Shown: piece by piece, positions 46,583 through 56,500 of the stretch
How positions within the stretch are numbered: position 1 is the first letter of the stretch
How the letters are laid out: each line of letters opens with the position of its first letter
DNA from: an uncultured Bacteroidales bacterium
GTDB taxonomy: Bacteria > Bacteroidota > Bacteroidia > Bacteroidales > WCHB1-69
Assembly (NCBI GenBank): GCA_905233585.1
Contig: CAJOFD010000010.1
Span: 3,252 to 67,251 of the forward strand
Length of the DNA: 64,000 nt
Direction: 5' to 3'
The notes under the pieces: model-generated
What the model was told of the DNA's origin: nothing
What the model saw: only the letters and a program-made list of their open reading frames with translations
The model's database searches: none
Program-made: the position numbers and the translations under genes

Positions 46583-47305
46583 ATGTTGTTGTTTTATATT
46601 CCTGAACTGCAAGGAAAAATTCATACCCTCTCTGCTGAAGAATCCAAGCATTGCCTCAAAGCAATGCGTCTGAAAATAGGTGATGAACTTTGTTTAACCG
46701 ATGGTCATGGTGGTTTGTTTCGTGCTAAAATTATAGACACACAATCTATGCTTTGTACGGTAATGATAGAAGAAAAACTGCCTACTGATCCGCTCCCATA
46801 TCGTTTGCATATTGCTATTGCTCCCACCAAGAATCCGGACCGATTGGAATGGTTTGTCGAAAAGGCAGTGGAGATGGGAATAAGTGAAATTTCGGCAATG
46901 GTATGCGAACATTCCGAAAGAAGTACGGTGAAAAAAGAACGTATAGAACGTTTGATGATTGCTGCCATGAAACAATCTTTACAAACCTATCTGCCTGTAT
47001 TCAATCATTCCGTTTCGTTTGAAGAATTGATTGAAAAATATAAATCAAGACAAGATGTTGCCAAATTGATAGCCTATTGCGGTCAAACAGAAAAAATGCC
47101 CATTGTGCTGCCCGAAGCCGTCAAAAATGCAAATGATATACTTATTTTGATTGGTCCCGAAGGCGATTTTTCTCCTCGTGAAATAGAAAAGGCTCTTCTT
47201 GCTGGCTTTGAAGTGCTTACTATGGGTACACAAAGGTTGAGAACCGAAACCGCTGCTTTGATGGCAGTTGCTACTGTTGCAGCGTGTCATATAAAATCGA
47301 AGTAA
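46583..47305 (+). CDS. rsmE: 16S rRNA (uracil1498-N3)-methyltransferase RsmE
   Basis: N-terminal PUA-like domain (HCLKAMRLKIGDEL). C-terminal SPOUT knot (LIGPEGDFSPREI...LGTQRLRTETAAL). Confidence 0.85.
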   Translation: MLLFYIPELQGKIHTLSAEESKHCLKAMRLKIGDELCLTDGHGGLFRAKIIDTQSMLCTVMIEEKLPTDPLPYRLHIAIAPTKNPDRLEWFVEKAVEMGISEISAMVCEHSERSTVKKERIERLMIAAMKQSLQTYLPVFNHSVSFEELIEKYKSRQDVAKLIAYCGQTEKMPIVLPEAVKNANDILILIGPEGDFSPREIEKALLAGFEVLTMGTQRLRTETAALMAVATVAACHIKSK

Positions 47306-47399
47306 GGCTGTCCTAAGGCTTCTGTTATAAAATATTAATGTTAATAGATTGTTAATAAGTTTTTTGCGATATTTTTTTCCTTCTCATTTATAAAATATA

Positions 47400-47407
47400 T
47401 ATCTTTG
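47400..47407 (+). promoter_or_regulatory. -7 box TATCTTTG upstream of the 47430/47497 ORFs
   Basis: Exact match 23 nt before the ATG at 47430. Confidence 0.45.
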
Positions 47408-47429
47408 CCGTATTAAAAAAACTATTACT

Positions 47430-47492
47430 ATGGCAAGACGATTTAAAATTACAAGAAGTTCTGCAACTGGTTGGTGGCACTGGGGCAGGTGA
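47430..47492 (+). other. 20-codon ORF MARRFKITRSSATGWWHWGR; probably the displaced N-terminus of the next ORF
   Basis: It holds the first ATG after the promoter box and ends at a TGA immediately after a G4 run (47482-47485). The next ORF lies in the +1 frame. Confidence 0.35.
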
Positions 47493-47496
47493 TTGT

Positions 47497-47961
47497 ATGG
47501 GGTGGGCCGCAACCAAAAGAGAGGCAAGACGGCAGGCAAGGGAAGCAGTTGCTTCAGGATTTTGTGATTATACTTTAATTCCTCCTACCGGAGGAATGGT
47601 GATTGAACATAGTTGCGACAAGATTATCGGCATTTTTTATTATCCCAATTTACTTGAAGATATGTTAACATATTCTTTGGCAGAAATATCGGAAAACACT
47701 GCCATGTGGTTGTTGGGCAGTTGCAATTATATCAAAAGGGATTCAACAGAGGAGGAACGGGTTGTAGCTTTGTTAAAAGTCTGGGAACTTTATTGTGGCG
47801 GTACTGAAAAATCTGAAATAATGGCAATTCATAATTTACAAGACAACGAATTTGAGGTTCTTGCTAATAAAGAATGGAACTATATACTTATAAATATTAA
47901 TGATGATGAAGAAATTAATTGGCTGTTTTCAGATACTGACATTGATTTTGTCAATGACTGA
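47497..47961 (+). CDS. Hypothetical protein (possibly frameshifted, with a YegP/DUF1508-like N-terminus when joined to 47430)
   Basis: 154-aa ORF. No recognised motif beyond the N-terminal GWAATKREARRQAREAV. Acidic C-terminal tail. Confidence 0.5.
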   Translation: MGWAATKREARRQAREAVASGFCDYTLIPPTGGMVIEHSCDKIIGIFYYPNLLEDMLTYSLAEISENTAMWLLGSCNYIKRDSTEEERVVALLKVWELYCGGTEKSEIMAIHNLQDNEFEVLANKEWNYILININDDEEINWLFSDTDIDFVND

Positions 47962-48496
47962 AGTAAGCGGACAAACCCCGTTTGGAACACAGAGGTTAAA
48001 AAAATCGGACTTGTTTATTGATGTTGCTCCAGTTTCTAATGTGGCATGGGCAGAATATCTTGCTTTTTTGAAAAAAGAGTATGGAGAAAACTCTGCTGTT
48101 TGTGCAGCGGCATTGCCGGATAGTTTGTCTGCAGGTTCATATTATGTTTATTGGCAACAACATAAATGCCCTGTTCTTGCAAAAACTCCTGTAGTTGGCA
48201 TTAGTATGGAGCAGGCTGAGGCTTATGCACAATGGAGGACAATTGCTGCTAATATTGCATTGGAGTTGAGGGGTAAAAAATATAGAGTGGAATATATGTT
48301 GCCAACAGAAACTGTCCTGCAGCAGTTTTATGCATGTCAGAAACGCAAAATTTTCAAGTCTTCAGAAACAAAACAAGAACTGACCTCTAATCGGACAATA
48401 ACCTGTTGGACAGCCGATGGTACCTTGTATTTTGAATCATATACAAAACCAGATACTTTGACCGTTTTCCGTTGTATGGCAAGGCTTGTAAAATGA
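47900..48496 (+). CDS. Short secreted FGE/SUMF1-like domain protein
   Basis: Signal peptide MKKLIGCFQILTLILSMTEVSGQ. LFIDVAPVSNVAWAEYLAFL and PVVGISMEQAEAYAQWR resemble the N-terminal half of the formylglycine-generating-enzyme fold. It overlaps the upstream ORF by 62 nt. Confidence 0.45.
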   Translation: MMMKKLIGCFQILTLILSMTEVSGQTPFGTQRLKKSDLFIDVAPVSNVAWAEYLAFLKKEYGENSAVCAAALPDSLSAGSYYVYWQQHKCPVLAKTPVVGISMEQAEAYAQWRTIAANIALELRGKKYRVEYMLPTETVLQQFYACQKRKIFKSSETKQELTSNRTITCWTADGTLYFESYTKPDTLTVFRCMARLVK

Positions 48497-48534
48497 ATGT
48501 TTTCAAAATTGAAATCAAGGTGATTCCCTGTCTC

Positions 48535-49455
48535 TTAATAATAACTGATGGCACGGGTTTCTATTTGATATAGAATTTCCGCTTTGTCTTTGTATGACAT
48601 TTTTACCGTCCAATTGCCATGGTCATCGTATTGATAAGTGTATTTGTTGAAATAGAAAGCGTTGCCGTTGGCATCGTACCAAGTTTCGCTCAAGATATTT
48701 TGATATTTATCGTAAGTGAATACCACTTTTTTGCTCAATCCGCCCGATAATTTTTTGTAATCTTGTTCTATCAACATGCCTTGATTGTCATATCTGTTGA
48801 TATTGTGATAGACCATTTCCCCGTGTCTGTCGTTTTTGATGTCAATGGTCAATTGGTTGTGCTGATTGTATTGGCATTGACGTATTTGTATGGTGGTGCT
48901 GTCGGGATATATGTCGCTTTGGGTGAGCACATTTCCGTTTTTATCACGTTGATATACAGTTGTTTTTATTATTTCTTCTTTTTGATAGCAGTCTTCTTTT
49001 TCGATAAATCCCTTGGAGTTGCAGGTGTATATGCTTTTTGTGGCAATAGCCGTATCTTTGTCGTAGATACATAGGCTGGCAATGCACTTGTTTTCGTAGT
49101 TGCAAACACGTTTTTCCTCCATTTGGCGGGAGGCGTTGAGACGGGTTCTCATGGTTTCATTGCCCTCTGTATCGTATTGGTATTGATAAATATAGCGGAC
49201 AGTCCCATGGGAAGTGAGGTTTTTCATTTCTTTGAGGGTGCCGTTGGGGTTGTAGGCATATTCAAATGTTCGTAGGTTTTTGCCTTGGGCAACGGACCCG
49301 TCTGCTTGTACCGAGGCGGTATAGAAAGCGTGAACCACATATTCGGGATTGCCTTGCAAATGGGCTGATTGTAAAGTCTGTTTTTGTACTTGGGCAAAAA
49401 CAAAAGTATTCAGCAGAAGCAAACAAATGATGGCAGTTGTGTTTTTGTTTTTCAT
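48535..49455 (-). CDS. Secreted YD-repeat-like protein
   Basis: Signal peptide, then repeated Y-x-Y/R-D-x-x-G-N motifs (YQYDTEGNE, YQRDKNGNV, RYDNQGML, WYDANGNA, YQYDDHGNW). Confidence 0.6.
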   Translation of the reverse strand: MKNKNTTAIICLLLLNTFVFAQVQKQTLQSAHLQGNPEYVVHAFYTASVQADGSVAQGKNLRTFEYAYNPNGTLKEMKNLTSHGTVRYIYQYQYDTEGNETMRTRLNASRQMEEKRVCNYENKCIASLCIYDKDTAIATKSIYTCNSKGFIEKEDCYQKEEIIKTTVYQRDKNGNVLTQSDIYPDSTTIQIRQCQYNQHNQLTIDIKNDRHGEMVYHNINRYDNQGMLIEQDYKKLSGGLSKKVVFTYDKYQNILSETWYDANGNAFYFNKYTYQYDDHGNWTVKMSYKDKAEILYQIETRAISYY

Positions 49456-49517
49456 GAATGTTGTTAATTTTTGTTAATAGTGATTAGATGTTCAAAAATC
49501 GTACCAAATATTAAAGA

Positions 49518-49543
49518 AGAGAGTCGGTTTTTGCCGACTCTCT
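49518..49543 (-). terminator. Hairpin / probable terminator after the 49580-50299 gene
   Basis: The sequence is AGAGAGTCGG-6 nt-CCGACTCTCT, with a T-rich tract downstream on the minus strand. Confidence 0.5.
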
Positions 49544-49579
49544 TGTACAACGAATATGCAAATTAAAATGATTTCCGTA

Positions 49580-50299
49580 TTATTTTACCAATTGTACTTT
49601 GACAACCTTTGAGGCATTGTTGTTTTGGAGTTTTACCAAATATAAACCGGCAACATAGTTGCTCATGTCTATTGTGGCATCACCATTCATGAGTTGAGGT
49701 TGTGCAACCATTTGTCCGTTGATAGCGTAAATGCTTACATTTGTGTTTTCCAAACCTTTTATTTTCAACATATTGTCATTGATTGAGGTGGGATAAACAC
49801 TGATGTTTTCCATTTCTGCATCTGCTATAGAGGTTACATTTACAAGACGCATAGTTCCCTGTAGTCTGCCAACCGTTTGACCAGGAACATCAATATCTAC
49901 ATATACAGGGGCAGTCCATTCTCTTTCACTCTCTTTTATTATAGCACTTGGGTAGTTTCCGCAAGAATACATTACATTGGGACTATAATGATAAACTTGC
50001 CCTGCACTAAGTGCATTGGGTAAGGACATGGTGACAGCATCTTCTCTGTCATTAAACGGAGCGAATATCATGGAAAATTGAAAACCTGCAGGCAAATCTA
50101 TTGCAGCCTTAAAGTCAATACTGAAACGGACGGTTACGTTGTTAATTCCAGATACCCCTTGAAAGGTTACAGGACTTGTTGCAATATCCACTTCCGGATT
50201 GGAAAGGGCACGTGCATAGATTTTGTCAACGGTTAATTTTTGTGCTTGTGTTAGGCTAAAACAAGCAACTGCGACTAATAAGAAAATAAATTTTTTCAT
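49580..50299 (-). CDS. Small T9SS-sorted secreted protein
   Basis: I prefer the start at 50299 (MKKFIFLLVAVACFSLTQAQ). C-terminal type-A sorting domain (VYPTSINDNMLKI...YAINGQ...AGLYLVKLQ...). Confidence 0.7.
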   Translation of the reverse strand: MKKFIFLLVAVACFSLTQAQKLTVDKIYARALSNPEVDIATSPVTFQGVSGINNVTVRFSIDFKAAIDLPAGFQFSMIFAPFNDREDAVTMSLPNALSAGQVYHYSPNVMYSCGNYPSAIIKESEREWTAPVYVDIDVPGQTVGRLQGTMRLVNVTSIADAEMENISVYPTSINDNMLKIKGLENTNVSIYAINGQMVAQPQLMNGDATIDMSNYVAGLYLVKLQNNNASKVVKVQLVK

Positions 50300-50330
50300 T
50301 TTTGTTAATTTTTTATGATACAATAATTTT

Positions 50331-50346
50331 TATTTTTGCAAAAATA
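50331..50346. promoter_or_regulatory. Palindromic TATTTTTGCAAAAATA giving a -7 box on both strands
   Basis: TATTTTTG on the plus strand at 50331-50338 and on the minus strand at 50339-50346. It sits in a divergent intergenic region. Confidence 0.35.
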
Positions 50347-50417
50347 CTACTTTTTTTATTACAAAGCATATTAAAAAAAATATTTTTTAGAAAAAGCAAA
50401 TCCTTGAAAAAAAATGC

Positions 50418-50425
50418 TATATTTG
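50418..50425 (+). promoter_or_regulatory. -7 box TATATTTG upstream of the 2218-aa gene
   Basis: TAnnTTTG match 129 nt before the ATG at 50554. Confidence 0.4.
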
Positions 50426-50553
50426 CAATTTAAAATTGGTGAAAAATATATTTTTAAAATAAAAATAAATATTTGATTTTGAGTAGTAAAAGTTTAAAAA
50501 GGAGGAAGCCGAAAATCCAGAACAGAGTAGGCATTATAAAATTTTCATAAAAA

Positions 50554-53500
50554 ATGAAAAAGTCGATTTTATTATTGTGTAGCCTATTGCTTTTGTTGCA
50601 AGCAACATGGGCTCAAATTACCGTTGTCGGCTCTGAGAATTTTGACGGAACAAGTCATACATTTTCGGCTACGACCATGAACGGTGCAACATGGACAATA
50701 GACCAGACCTATTATTCCAATGGGACAAAGTCTATTTTGGGAGTGGTTCCCTTTTTTGCAGGGGATTCCATAGTGCTGACATCTCCCGTATATGACTTTA
50801 CCAATTATGGGTGGGTGCAAATGTCTTTTGCCCAAATCTGTAAAGTGTCCGCATTGGACGAATGCAAGGTTCAATACCGATTGGACGCTATGGGACCAAT
50901 GGGTGCATGGAAAGATGTGCCTGCTTCTACCTATAGAGGGACTGCCCGTAATTATGGGGCTGTCGGTTTCAATGCCAATTCGTATGCTATTTGGAATGGT
51001 GCTGATAGTATGGCATTGCCGGTCAATAGTACTTGGTGGCAAACAGAAGTGTTTGAACTCAACAACGAAGTGTCTTACGACAGGGCACAATTCCGTTTTA
51101 TCTTGAAAAGAAATGCCTCTGCTCCAACCAATGTGAATTATGGTTGGTTGATAGATGCTTTCAAAGTAGAGGCTTCCACTTATGAGATAAAACCTCCTGT
51201 AGTGGAACTCATCAATATCTATCCTTCCATTGTTATGACAGTAGGTCCTTACGTGGTGAATGCAAAAGTGGCAACACGTACTGCCGCCAGAATCGCCACT
51301 CCAAAAATGTATTGGACTGCCGTATTGCCTAATGGTTTGGGGACTATACGTGATTCTGTTGATATGACAGCCTACCAAGGCGATAGTATGTGGACAGCAT
51401 CTGTTCCTTCCTATAGATATGGTACAACCATACAATATAAAATTATAGGTAAAGATATAAATGGCAATACCGATTCTGTTGCTTCCAATCCATTTACCTC
51501 TCAAAAATCATTTACTTTTTATCATTACGTAGGTGATACAACCATAGTCACTACAAAAGATGAGGTTCCGTTTACTCCTTATTATGAAGATTCTTGGTCA
51601 AGAACTTTGTATTTAGCATCAGAACTAACAGAAGGTAAGATTACTCATATTGCATGGAAAAGTAGTAGTTCAGATATTTCTGTTATTGATAGCGTTTCTA
51701 TCTATTTCAAATTGACACAAGATACCAAAGTGCCAATAAACACGGCTTATAATTCTGCTGCAACGTCTTATATAGACCCTCTTGCCGATGGGGCTACTTT
51801 GGTTTGGTATGGTACGGTTACCACAGAAGACGATGATTGGGTAGATATAACCTTAAACACTCCTTTTGAAATACCTGCAGGCTATGGTCTTGTAGTATAT
51901 GTTGATGATAAAGCAGGTTATTATGAAGACCCAGCAGATTGGTATGCTCATCCTGTAAGTGGAGATTTACGACCAATATATGAGTATGATGATGACCCTT
52001 TGATATATTCTCCCTATGAATATAATGGTCGGTATAGTGATAGAAGACCTCATACAAGATTTTTCTATGACAATACAGCAGACAGCACTTCAGGACTTTT
52101 GAAAAGTCTGACTATTGCTGATACCATTCCTGTTTCGTTAGCCAGTCCGTCTCAACAATTTGGTGTGAATATGAAAAACACCGGTGTTTATGATTTGACC
52201 TCTGCCGTTTTCGGTTGGAGTCTAAACGGTGTTGTTCAAAGCAACAATGTTGCGTGGACAGGCAATATCACTGCCGATATGATAGTGGCTTGCAATGTGG
52301 GGACTTATGCTCCCAAGTTCAATGGTTATGATACTCTCCAAGTATGGATAAACAATCTTAATGGTACTGCTTTGTCAATGATAAAAGACACTTTGACTGC
52401 TATAGTATATGGTACCGCAGATATTGTGATTCATTGGCAAAAATATCTGGACGATACTGTTTTTACAACAGGACCTTTTGATGTAGAAGTACAAGCGGTG
52501 TCAATGACCAATCACACCATTTCCGCTTTGGATTTTATCTATTGGGCAACCAAAAACGGTAATACAATAAAAGATACTATACCGATGACAAACAATGGTA
52601 ATGGTATTTGGTCGGTAGTGTGTCCTAATATTTCTTTTGGGTCAGATGTTATCTATGGTGTGGAAACGCAGGATTATATAGGCAATAAAGTGCTTGTTAC
52701 CAAAACATCTTATGTAGATCCAACCAGAACAAGAGACTATTACTATACTGGGGATACCAATACTACACGTACAGGTATAGCACCTGCAGACATATTGTAT
52801 TATTATTCTTGGGCAAGAATGTTGTATTTGCCATTTGAGGTAGAAAATAGCACTATTTTCAATATTGCTTTCCGTACCAAAAATGCTATACAGAACCCTT
52901 ATCCTGACCAAAAATGTTATTTTAAATTGGTTAATATGAATACCGTTGATGGTATGGATGGTTGGGACGATAAACTATATCATAATCCTATTATAGATGA
53001 TACTGCAACATTGGTTTGGGAAGGTACCTTGCCTCCATTGCAAGCCGGAGAATGGTTTGACCTTGAATTGAAACAACCTTTTACCGTACCTGCAGGCTAT
53101 AGTTTAATGGTATATTATGATCATAGAAATGATGCCCAACTTTATTATGAAAATGCCTCTTGGTTATCTACAGATGTAAGATATAATGGTGATGAGTATT
53201 ATTATTTGACAACGATAAATAGTTTTGACAATATAGCAGATAGTACAAAGAGTGGTTGGGATGATGAATATAGACCTATTGCCCGCTTTAGAATGGAAAA
53301 GAGCGTACAATGGGATACCAACTCAGTAGCCTTGGAAAAAATCATTACTCCTGCCAACAATCAATCTATTGCTGCCGGTAATCAACCTATCACTGTTATT
53401 GTTAGAAATAAGGGTCTCAATAATATGAATTGTACAATTTATTATTCTATCAATGGTGCAGCTCCAGTTTCTTATAATTACAATAAAGGTTTAGGTTGGG

Positions 53501-56500
53501 GGTTGATAGACACTGTAAATTTAGGTACTTTCAATGCTGTTGTAGGTGATGTATATAATATTACGGTATGGGTTGCCAATCCGAATGGACAAGTGGATCC
53601 TGACCTTAGCGATGATACTTTGACTACACTTGCCGTTGCATGTAACGGTGCCTTATCCGCAGGTACTTATACCATTGGTGCTTCTGCCAATGCAGATTAT
53701 GCTACCCTTGACCAATTCTTGCGTAACTTGCAGTTCTGTGGTGTGAATACACACGGAACATTCAAAGTAGAAATGGAATCAGGTACTTACAATGGTGCTA
53801 ACAATATTAGTTATGTAACAGAGGTGCTGACTTCTGCCGACACTTTGATAATTACCTCTCAAGCAGGCAATGCTGGTGCTGTTGTTTTTGCCCACAATGG
53901 CAATGTATTTGAATTGGACAGCAATTTCAATGTCTATATTACCGATGTAACAATCAATGCATCTGCTGGTACAGGTGCCGGTGTTAATTTCTTTAGACCT
54001 TGTTACAATATAGAAATAAATGGTTGTGTGTTCAATATGCATATCACAAATACAAGCAACACTTCATCTGCTATTCGTTTCAATGGTAATGACGAAAAAG
54101 TCAGAACAGGAAGAACTTTGGCTTGGGGTAACTTGCGTATCTTGAATAATACCATGAATTATGGTTATGCTGGTGTTTATTTCTATTCACCAAACTCCAA
54201 TGCGGCTACGTTGAAAGCCAATTCAGGTAAATTTACCATAAAGAATAACAAGATGAATGACTTCTATGCTTATGGTATTTATGTAACTAATTATGGTAAA
54301 TTCGATTGGGTTGCCAACAATGAACTTACTAATAGAAGAGCATCATCTCAACATGGTATCTATATGAACAGTTACATGAAAGTAGATAGTGGTATTGTTA
54401 ATAATAAAATTTTCTTCAACCACAATTCTACGGTCAATAGTGGTTTGTATTTGACATACCTGAACCATCCGGGCAATACGGGTGCAACAACCAATGCCTT
54501 GGTAGCAAATAATGAAATTATCCGATTAGGCAATGGTACATTCACAGGTATTTACATTTCGTACAACTATGCGGATATTGTTCACAATACTGTTTATCGT
54601 GCTACGGGTACCGGTGCATGTAAAAGTTTGTCAATAGGTAATTATAATACATCTACGGGAAATACAATTATTAAGAACAATATTTTCCATGCAGGTTCAA
54701 CGGCAACAGTAAATAATACAAATGGCAACTATGCTATTTATGCAAGTAACGTCAATTATGTAAAATCAACTTATCATGTAATCTTGGATTATAATGATTA
54801 CTATAGTGTAGGATCATATATTGGCTATGTAGGCAATGCCAAAGCAACTTTAACGGATTGGAGAGCTGTAAGTTTACAAGATACCAATTCTATTTCCGTT
54901 AGGCCAATATTAAAAGATTCTTCCGTTAATGCAGACATAAACAATTATTTGGATTTGATGGCTCCCAATTGCGGTGTAAATGAAGATATCAATGGAACAA
55001 AACGTTGGGACAGAACGCCAATGGGTGCTTATACTCCGCTTATCAGTACCCAGGGTCCGGATTTGTCTATAACGGAATTTGTAGAACCTATAGGTATCAT
55101 AAGTTCAAGTGAATTGTGTGCTCCAAACTATGTTGCCGTAAAAGTAGCCATTACCAATGTGGGTACCTCTGTAATAGACTTTGCTCAAACACCATTGAAA
55201 GTAACGCTTCAGGTGTCAGGTGCAGACTCCGCTGTCATAGATACAACCATTAGTACAGGTACATTCAATCCGTTTAATATAGATACGGTTGAAATTACCA
55301 ATGCTCTTAATGTGGATTTGGCTGGTACCTTGTTGTTGACCGCTTCTGTAACTTGCAGTGCAGATACTGTTTACAATGATGATACCCTTGCTATGACATA
55401 CGGACCAACCCGTTGGATGTTACCTTTGGATGAAGATTTCTCTAACGGATTCCCGGAATCTATGCACGTAAGAGACAACAACACTGCTGCAACATGGGCT
55501 ATTATGAACGATAGCAATGCTACAGGTACCGTTAAACCTCAATTCGGCAAGTCTATGTTGGCATTTGACGGCGGTCGCGGTGCTGAAAGCAAATTGTTTA
55601 CCCGTCAGTTGAATTTCACCAACACAAGAGAACCTGTATTGGATTTCTGGTATTGGCACGACACAAGTGCAAATGCAGGCAACGATATAGTGAATGTGGC
55701 TTACACGGTTAATGGCGGCGTATCTTATGTGGCTTTGTTCAACTTGCAGAAAAACAACGGAACTGACCATGGTTGGAAACAATATACGGCACAATTGGAT
55801 TCTGCTATCGGAGCAACTTGTGTAATTCTTATATTCGATGCTTTAAGAACAACAGACCCGCAACAATATGACGGTGAACAATATTTGGACAGAATACGTA
55901 TCATTGCAAAACAAGATGTGGCTGTTGCCGATATATTGACAAGTCCGGTTAACGTTTGCAACACTACAACGGATTTGTCGGTAGTATTGGAAAATATTAC
56001 TTCTCAAACCATTGATTTCTCCATGTATCCGACAGCATTGCAAGTGGATATTACAGGTGCGATGACGCAATCGTTTACCTATCCGTTGACAAGCGGCACT
56101 ATCCTTGCATTGTCAAAAGATACATTTGATATTACAACAGGTTTGACTTTGGCTAATGGCACTTATAGAATTGCAGCCAAATTGCTGACCTCTATAGACG
56201 GCAATGCTGCCAATGATACTTTGAGCAAAACTATAACACTCAATCCTTCGTTGAATGTTGTTGCTCAAAAAGTAAGTTCAAACAACAATTGTTTAATATC
56301 GGGAACAACTATTAATCAAGTGGTAGATATTACCAATAACGGTGATATGGATATGGAAGATTTGATATTGAAATTGGAAGTGTCGAATACAAGCGGTTCT
56401 ATTGTTGAAACCTTGTATGATACCATATCCCGCACAATAACAGTAGGTTTGAATGTTACTCATACATTCAAATATGCTTACACGGTACCTAATGGCGAAC

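Noticed and set aside
47430-47492. I considered the Trp-rich 20-aa peptide as a RiPP precursor or regulatory leader peptide, given the adjacent FGE-like gene.
   Set aside because: The peptide continues seamlessly into the next ORF after removal of one G, and together they resemble a YegP-type domain. No recognisable RiPP maturase is present.
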